Of a DNA stretch of 64,000 nt, positions 55,101 to 64,000 are shown one piece after another. Below the pieces are notes generated by a model that did not search any database, was not told where the DNA came from, and saw only the letters and a program-made list of their open reading frames with translations. Source of the DNA: Kudoa neothunni (lineage: Eukaryota > Animalia > Cnidaria); NCBI GenBank assembly GCA_964304625.1, contig OZ199838.1, positions 2,829,702-2,893,701 on the forward strand. The letters run 5' to 3'. Each line of letters starts with the position of its first letter. Position 1 is the stretch's first letter. The translations under genes and the position numbers were made by a program.

Positions 55101-58100
55101 TGTTGTTAACCTTTCTTATGCATTAATTAACTAATAGAAAATTATGAGTTTTTATATTGATTATGAGCTATCTATGGCATTATTTATGGTTGAATATTAA
55201 TGTGTGCAACCGTAAGTCCAATTATAATGTGTATTTTTTCCAATTTTATGCATATTAAATACTCTTAATTTTAACGAATAATATTTAAATTTTTAATAAT
55301 TATTATCTTAGTTTTCGTTTAAAATTGAAATTTATCTGTATTTTTGTAATAAATTATATTTTACGTTATCTAAGTATTTTTATTTTTAATAAACTGAGAA
55401 ATTATTACAAGCGCATATAACTCAATTTTCAACGTTTAAACAAATTAATTTATTAACTTCAGTAAATATTTTCGGTACCTATTATTACGCTGTCTCTAGA
55501 TGTACGCTTTTTAAAAATTGTTGCTACAATGATTTTTTAATCAGTGCTTAATCTACTGTTATTGCTTAATTTTTAAATCTAATTAGAAAAAAATCCAAAA
55601 ATACTCACGCACGCAATTAATAAACCTATTTTTCTAATTCAAACAGGATTTTTTTAAATACTAACGACTATATTGCATCTATATATGTTTTATCAACTGT
55701 CAAAATTTATTTAAAAAGAAGCTAAATTTATTATTAAGCTGATTTTATGACACTGATCTCAGACAATGTTCAATCTTTTCATATAACATTCAGTGCTGAA
55801 GTATTTATATGCTCAGTAATTTCGTATCAAGATTAATATTCCAATAATGTTATTATTCTATAGAATGAAATAATATATTATTGTTAGCGGATGTAGAACA
55901 TTGTATTAGAAAGATTAAAGTGTGCCGCATTTATTCTGCCTAGCACTAATAGATATTTGTAACCCATTAGAATATCCATTAAACTGTATCTTATGTATTT
56001 TTCCCCATATAATTAAGCTTTTGATGTAGAAACCAACATTATTTAACTTTTGGAGTACAACCAATTAAAATTGAGACTATATTTAAGCGAATATTATCTA
56101 CCGTGCCATTAGAACTTAGAATCATATTAATCATTAACCTACGCTTCCACACATTTTCACGTAATAATTCAAAACGTTCTTCTCATATTAGATACCTTTT
56201 TATTATGAATTCATGTGGAACACCATACCCAAAAAGTTGTCTATAACCCAACTTGGATGTACACTGGATAACCCCCGGAACAACTATCTAATTTATATGT
56301 GTACTGCTTTAGCGACAGTCTACGAGGTATAGAAAATTCAAATTTTTGGTTTGTTATTAAAAATATTATTTATAATAGCAATATGTGTCCAAATTCCAAC
56401 AATGGGAAGTTGTTGGAATTTTTAATTGTATCCCTGTGTCGAAAATGGATCAAAATGATAATATCAGTGTAACAGTGTATCGCGGCTACGTTGATATTGA
56501 CGAATGTGCACGAAATGTTATGAATGAAATTCTACACAATATGTATTTTATTATCGTTGACGACATTGCAAGAAGTTGGCATCATTGGCGCGATATAATC
56601 CAATTCTAAATTAAATGCTCGCGCGCGACATATTAATCTTTATATTAATAAAAACTAAACAGAAGTTTTTAATTAAATAACAAAATTCTAAATAAAGAAA
56701 AATATTACCTATTGGTTTACTATAATAAAGAAATGGGAATTTATTTTATGGATCAAACATTCTAAAAATATTTTTAATTAATTAATTCGAGAAAACATTC
56801 GTTTTTTATAATAGTATTTCATTCTTAGTTATTGTGATATTTAAACGTAAAATTAAATTTTTAAATATATTATAGGCAATTGGCGAGACATAATAAATAT
56901 TATTTAATTTGTAATTGAATCCTAATTTTCTATTCAATATTATTAGAATTAGATAAAATCTGCGATGATGTATTCCTTCGAAAGTGAGTTTTTAATCTTT
57001 AATTATTTAATACTCTTTTTCAGCAATCTCTTTTAAGCCTCCCGGTATCGCGCGAAAAAAAAGTACCAATGGTCTTTAATTTCTTTGTCATGCCATAAAC
57101 AATTTTTCGACCATTAATAAGGTGCTCTGCGTAGGAAATTAAATTAATTATGAAGCGTTAGTATGCTACAAAACAGTCTCATAATGCACCAATACCGGCT
57201 ATTTAGAATTAAGGAAGAATTTAATGGTATAAAAATTAAAATTAAAAATATTTTGTCTGAAAACAAAGTAATTTGCTAAATGACAACTACTTTAAATGAA
57301 GAAATCATAAGTAAAATTGTTTCGAGCAGATTAAATAAAATAAAGGTGTTTTCGCTCTATTGATTAGTTTAACGTAATTTTTAAATTTTATGTTGTATAT
57401 AGTATATAAGAGGTAACGTTCAAATGAACTCTTGAAACTTGATTTATACATTATTTTTTGTCAGACATAATTTGATATTTGAAAACACTAGACTATATAT
57501 GCCGTGTTAGTTCTGTGATGTAACCCTTAATTTTCTCTGTATTTCTCTGTTGTAAAAAATTGTATCTTAAAAATTTAATAATATCAGAAGTGGGTTTTCA
57601 TAATTATAAAGTTATGTGAAACGACCGATAATCCCACGATTTTTAAATTACATTATTAATTCTCTTTAAAATAATTAAAAGTAAAAGTTTTTTAGAGGAA
57701 CATCTCACATCGTTCTAGTGACAAGCTTATAATAACGAATAGTAAATCCGAAAGTAAGATATGTTATTTTTGAATTAAGACTCGGTAATCCGCAGCGGAA
57801 TTCTATGATATGCTAAGAATCATCATTTACTCAATTAAATATTACATCTTAAATCTTCAATTATAAGAGGAAAATATATTTACTCTATATATATATATAT
57901 ATATATATATATGTTTTCTTAAAAATCGAAACATGCTTTTGTTTGGAAAGACAAAAAAATTATTAAAATTAGCTAATAATAATTTTTTAAAATGTAATGT
58001 TTTTAAGCCGTTCTAAGTGTCTTAAATTTTTAGGAGAATTCCGAAATTTAGGGATTGTTTATATTTGTCTATACAAAACTAGGTTCAAATTAGTTGGATT

Positions 58101-60468
58101 TAGGGTCCACGCGGACCTCACTACGGACAGGGAGGGTTAACCCTCCAACAGACTTGGGGTCTTTTAGACTCCAAAAGGATTTAAATTTGTTCATAGAATA
58201 TTTATTAATTATTTGAGATGTTTAAAATTTCGTCTATTCTAATAAATAGATTCATAACAAATTTAATTTGGAGTATTGAATATATCTTATCAAACAAAAT
58301 TTCTTTTCTCCAACGGACTTTGGGATAAAAACACCCCAGGATGTTTTTAGTTCAATTAATGCAGATAATTATTATAAAACGATATGGAAGATTTTGAAAA
58401 ATTCCGCCTAAGGAATATTGGGAAATTGAATAATTATTATTCGAGATAATCCGATTAATATGCAGTGTCGTAGCCGTCGTTTCGACAAGTATTGTGACGC
58501 CAAGGTTTATTACCCAAAATAAACAAAATTATCCATGTCGCCAAACCCGCTAACGATTAATATCTCCTAATAAACAAGCTTTTAATAATTTAAAGGTAGA
58601 ATTGTAGAACAGTAGTAGCATTCATCAATAAAAAATTATACTTAGATCGATAATTAATCCTACAATTATAAATTCGAACTGTGATATTTATTATACAGTT
58701 TTATGGTAGGAATGTCTGAATTTCGCCTAATAATTTATGTTTGATACTGACGTTAAACATTTGCTACAATTGATTATCTAATGTTTGTATTAAATATGAA
58801 ATTCTCATTCTAATATATTCCTGTATTTAATAATAGGTAGCCGCTAAGAAGGAATTGTGACGATGCACAGAAATCTGTTGCCATATTTAAATTGTGGAAT
58901 ACATAAAGGATGTTTTACTCAATTGAGTGTTATGCCCCCTAAAATGTTCACGAGGTACTAACAGACACATAATAGATTACAACAACTATCGTATATATCT
59001 GAAAGATAATATTAAATGTAAATTCATGTTGAATCAAAACCAAAAAATTTACAAAAATAAATTATTCATCATAATCGATTTGATTCGCTGTGGCTGTTTT
59101 TGATTACGGTCATTATTCTGCATTTTTACCACATAGTGTGTCTTTATTAGAATTTATATTTTATTTTTCATTCAGATTTTTGTTTTCCGTTATTTCAAAT
59201 GAGGCTAAACTTACTATACGTTTAATCGCGAGTTATTACGAAATAATATCTAATCCTACCGAAGTAGATCATCGAGGATTAATTATGCAGTAATTGATTG
59301 TTTCCTCATTATTCCTTATGCAAAATTTCTCCATATATTTCTCATGACTTTATAATAATTTTCTAAATACATTAAAACAAAAAAATTCTGGGGTCTTTTT
59401 TACGCCAAAGCATGTTGGAGGGTTGTTTTTTCATCTGTTAGAGGATTAATAAAATAAAATATTGGATTTCTAAATAAAAATGTAATTTTTCATTTTAATC
59501 TCTGATAATTTGACATTCGTTACAAAAGTATCATGAGGTCACTGATAAAATTCTTTTTAATCTATTGAATATAGGTAATATATTCTAACAATTTTATATA
59601 AGAATTAGTCTAAATCTAATTGTTTTTAAATTTATTACTCCTTTAATGATCGAGAATAACCTTAATAGAACAATGAACAATATTTAAATTTTAAAGTTGC
59701 TGATATACAACCATAAATCGTAATTATTTTTATTATTATGTTTTAGATTGACTAACTATACATAGACTAGAATTGGCGATATTTATGTTGACATTAATAA
59801 TTGTCGTGCTAATGCAAAAATTTTAAATAGAAATATCTACAACTTTTGATGATTATTATTATTATTATTCCAATGTCTATTTTCACAATGTTGTAACTCT
59901 TTGTAGGCATATATGGAATACTGATATTCATAGATATACTGTTGTTGATGCTCGAAATCAAACAACAGACATAATTTATTATCGTTATTTGTTTGGTCCA
60001 TTCTATCGTGATTTTACATTATTACGGTATATCGGCGGAACATATGATGTATATAATTTGTTATAATTACCAATTATTAGGTCATGGAAATATTACGAAC
60101 AATCGGAGATGGGTCTTATCGCATGCACATCGGTGCAATTGGCTCACCCCGACGTTGATGAAAGGAAAGTGAATGATAGATTGAAAGTACTGCTTAAAAA
60201 TTCACCAAATCATCATCGTTTTGGAATTATCCTGGCGTCAAGATACGTTATCGAAAAGAAACCCACCGGGTGTCGGGTCACCTATATACTTCGAGCCGAT
60301 CTTAGGTAGACTAATCGATTCACAATCGAAACTTAATGTGTTATCTCCAGGGGCAGAAACACTTCCTACTGCAACAGCCTTAATCCATATCTAGTTAGTC
60401 GTCAGCTTGTTCTACTCAAAGAATACTTTTCCAAAAATAAAAGATCGAGGCATTCTTCTCAGCATTGA
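49186..60468 (+). CDS. RhoGAP-START protein of the DLC1/STARD13/crossveinless-c family (start uncertain)
   Basis: RhoGAP: FGLPLPPSI, DGLFRRCG, YDIADIVKHYL, LPDEYREILQ, MTAENLATCLTPSIF (50570-51237). Further exons at 54579-54632, 56192-56327 and 56380-56541. START exons 59908-60026 (HIWNTD..RDFTLLR), 60081-60305 (ILASRYVIE..VTYILRADLR) and 60351-60468. Confidence 0.87.
57037..58136. mobile_element. Probable piggyBac-type non-autonomous element in an intron
   Basis: TTAA-GCCTCCCGGT left end and ACAGGGAGGG-TTAA right end, with a subterminal palindrome GGTCCACGCGGACC. Confidence 0.5.
58141..59445. mobile_element. piggyBac-type non-autonomous element in an intron
   Basis: TTAA-CCCTCCAACAGACTTGGGGTC left end, internal repeat at 58308-58338, inverted copy at 59389-59422 and TGTTAGAGGA-TTAA right end. 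Confidence 0.75.
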
Positions 60469-60914
60469 TAAACTCCACCTCCCTGTTTCCGCTATGTTGT
60501 AAATAAGCGCGATTTTTTTCTATTATACAGTTATTAGTGTGATCGTTTTATATTTTCAACATTTTTGTTATTCGATTATTTTGGATTCTTTCCGTTTCTT
60601 CTTAGTTGAGTGATTTTATTATGGTGCATTAGGTTTGTTACTTTGATCGCTTAAGAAATCTGCACATAATTAGTCACTTTTAAGACTACCTAATTATTTT
60701 CTTTTTTCATTTTCTTTTTCGATCCCTGATTAGATCTTAAGTTAAGTTGTAACTAAGGTATCATTCAAAAATTTGTTAGCAGGCTTGAGTGTACGAACAA
60801 GAATGAATTGTGGAGGTTCGCAGTGAAAAATTATTTTTTTCACTTTTTATGGATATTTTTATTCATTCATATCTATTTTATGATCCATCATTGACGCATG
60901 CACGCCCCAAAAAA

Positions 60915-61025
60915 TAAACAACCGATTATAGCCAAGATGGGATTTTCGGAAGACAAGTCCGTTCTATTGATATGGCGCCGAAGAAATAATAAAATTCATT
61001 ATGAGGTTTTGACGTTAACAATTAT
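60915..61025 (+). pseudogene. Possible mariner transposase fragment
   Basis: QPIIAKMGFSEDKSVLLIWR..KIHYEVL weakly resembles mariner KPGLHPKKVMLCVWW..IHYELL. Confidence 0.35.
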
Positions 61026-63628
61026 ACCAAGAATAACCTAAATTATCGGAATTATTGTAGATGTGGCATTAGGAAATGTAAGGGATGATTTTCTAAAAGC
61101 CTGCATTAATATAGAAAATACTTGAGAGAATATAACCATGCATTAGCGTTTCCTGATTAATTTCAATTCCAAAACTTCTACCACTTATAAGGAAAATTCT
61201 GCATACCTTCTCAAAAAGGAACTTATAAAGTGGATTTATTTTTACGCGGGTATAATATTTCTATTTATATTAAATGCAAAAAAATAAACCAATAATTTAA
61301 CAAAACACAAATATAACTAAAATAAGTGCAACCTATAATAAATTTAACGTTATGACATTTTTCTTGTCTTATGGAACAAAAATTAAGTCGAGACGAGTCT
61401 CTCCACTAGATAATGATATTTATGAATCATAATTGATAGTATAACTACATATTTAATATTTTAGCAAATAATATCGGTGAAATCGCGCCCGCGCGAATTT
61501 TTAAATTAGAGGTTTGTCTTAGTTATGACTGTAAAAGGAAAAAGTAACCAGATGAATAAATGTTCAATATAAAGTTTTAGTTTATATTATTTTTGGATGC
61601 AAACTGATACTAATTCGAAATATAAAAATCCAAGATAATTTAAAAAATTAAATCTTGACCATAAGTTAAATTACATCATTACTTTACTTATAATTTACCT
61701 GAAAAAATATGCAATACAATTTTCAAGAATTCAATTAATTTTAAAAGAATATTATATTTGTTTATTTTTTCCATCAAGACGTGAATATTTCATAATTTTT
61801 TATTTTACACTATTGAAGATTTCTATTTAAAAATTGATTTTTGAATAAAAATGATTATTTTTATTTTAAATACTACCAGATACAATATAGAAATTCGAAA
61901 AAGTTAGTTAAGTTTTAGTCAAATTCATCATATGACTTTTGTTTACCGGACATATTTAAATTTTCAATTTTTAATTCGGCTCGAATTGCACATGATATAC
62001 TTTTGAGAGAGATCCCCATTATTTAGAATCGGAAACATTGCGTGAAAAGATTTCTTGGTCGTAAAATTTTGTTGTCGACTCTTGGTACTAGTCTCATATG
62101 CCCGATAATTAATTTTCCGGACCTTTTATTTATATGAAAAGATACTTTAATGGATTTCGATAAGTATGATGATGGACCTTGTGAGGGAATACTCGAAGAT
62201 ATATCTGAGAATACATCGGTAATAAATTCCGAAAAGTTTATAATTCAAATTTTTAACATATAAAATATGTAGCGTTTAAAATTCTTTCTAACAAATTTAT
62301 TTTAGGAACGACATACACGACATCATGTGTAAAAATATTAAACCATCAAAAATAACAGATTTTGTCGAGAAATGAGTTATAGATATTGTCTATTTAAATT
62401 TATTGTGTTCTACATTTATCCAAATATATTTTTTTGACGTGTGAATGTTTAAATAATAGTAATTAATGTGTAATGCGCATGCAACTTTTAATAAATCAGT
62501 TTTCTACAGCTGTTAAGATACATTTGAACTATTTTATCAAATATAACGATAATATTGATATATGTGTATTTTTATATATTTAAATATGAATTTAAATTAT
62601 TTTAACTTTATTTTAAATCATATGTAGATAATTTTTACATTAAAACAATATTAACCATCCCTTCATTGATTGGCTGGCTGGCTCAGTTTATAAAGTTTAT
62701 TTTCAAAATTAATGACATTTTTCAATCCTTTTATTGGTGGTGGTCAAAGAGGTGTTACGATTTGCGTATTTTTAAACAAAAATTTTTTTAAGATCGAAGA
62801 TCTGTTGTTTTATTTAACTTAAAAGTCAGCAATATTTATTTCGGAGTTTATCCAAATCAAAATCAACCTTTGGCGGCGACCTGTTTTCATGTGATAATTC
62901 AGTGAGATTATGAAAGTCAGTCCTTAAAATTATCCCCATTTTTAATGGAGAATCCACAAATATGATAAATGTATAACCTTAATTCAATGGTAAATTACAT
63001 TTTAAATATTTTGCATCTAATATCATATGATAGATTTTGACTTATCATAAAATATTAAAAATAATGTTGGGGGAATTGAGCAGATAGCGGGATTTCAATT
63101 TAGTACGAATATCTTCGTAATTTTTCCTGATTCATCACAAAACACAAAAAGTAGATATTATGCAATCTATTAGCATCCGTTTCCTTATATCATCGAAGAA
63201 ACGACTAAACTACGGATTTTTCACATTTTTTTAAACGGTTGCCATGGAAATTAATGTCTGCTAATAAAATACAAAAAATCTAAATTTCTTTATAGATTAT
63301 TGTCTTATTTTCTATATGATAAATTTGAGACTATTTTTCGCAAATAACATAAAATCTTCATTAGCGTAATATTTAAAACTTTATTCAGCCATGATGAATA
63401 TTTCATAAAACTAAATACCATAAACTAGACTTTGTAATAATGTCTATCGTTTAAATAGGCATCTCTTTTCAAATGACATAGTAAATCAATAGTTTATTGT
63501 CGAAATAATAATATTTTTTATATCTCGCAATAAATAGCCTTATCAAGAAAGGCGTCCACGTTGATAACACCTAATCAGGCGCTATATCTTTCGATTGAAT
63601 TTATCGCCGAATTGTTATCCCTTAGTTA

Positions 63629-64000
63629 ATGACATTATTTGCTACCGTTGTGTGTATTCTCGTCTTGAGACTAAAATCTGTTGAGTCTATTACAACAAAT
63701 TTCAATCCATTCCAGGAGTTTATAACGGAGTTTACTCAAAACCAAACAAACTCTGGATATGACCACACCTTGTTGGGTTATAACATGAAGAGAATCTCAT
63801 CAGAAAGGTGATCATAAATGCCACTATTAAAATACTTTTTAACCAAAATCTAATAGATATATTTTATCTGCTCCTCTTGCCACATCCACAAATGCATTAA
63901 ATTCATCTCTATTCTATACGTCAGGCCAAATATATGTGTGCGATTCGAATCTGGAGGGCACCCCAAAATTTAGTTGTTCAGAGCTGGTTTTACTCAATCT
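63629..64000 (+). CDS. Probable integrin alpha subunit, 5' part (continues beyond the window)
   Basis: Signal peptide MTLFATVVCILVLRLKSVES, then TNFN..HTLLGYNM, YILSAPLA and GQIYVC..FSCSEL, following the first FG-GAP repeat pattern. The donor site of intron 2 is irregular. Confidence 0.55.

Overview
AT-rich eukaryotic nuclear DNA from a highly divergent animal. Most introns are 35-100 nt GT-AG, and the window carries animal-type genes (TGF-beta family type II receptor, DLC1/STARD13-type RhoGAP-START, probable integrin alpha). A reduced parasitic animal such as a myxozoan is my inference and is not proven. Hand-spliced host genes: WDR37 (3' part), CLP1, STX18, ARF1, C1orf35/MMTAG2, a miniature TAF3, the type II receptor, an orphan secreted protein, Rab escort protein, RhoGAP-START and the 5' part of an integrin alpha. 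Intergenic and large-intron DNA is full of DNA transposons, several nested: one nearly intact piggyBac, piggyBac/pogo/hAT MITEs, Tc1, pogo, hAT and mariner transposase relics, and non-autonomous Helitrons. The most notable items are a decayed D5/P4-type primase-helicase of probable viral or Polinton-like origin (36.6-37.7 kb), a reconstructable piggyBac whose three-site end geometry recurs in two sequence-divergent MITEs, and ARF1-C1orf35 adjacency as in human. Many genes carry single-base frameshifts in homopolymer runs, most likely assembly errors. All identifications come from motif recognition by eye, with no database searches.
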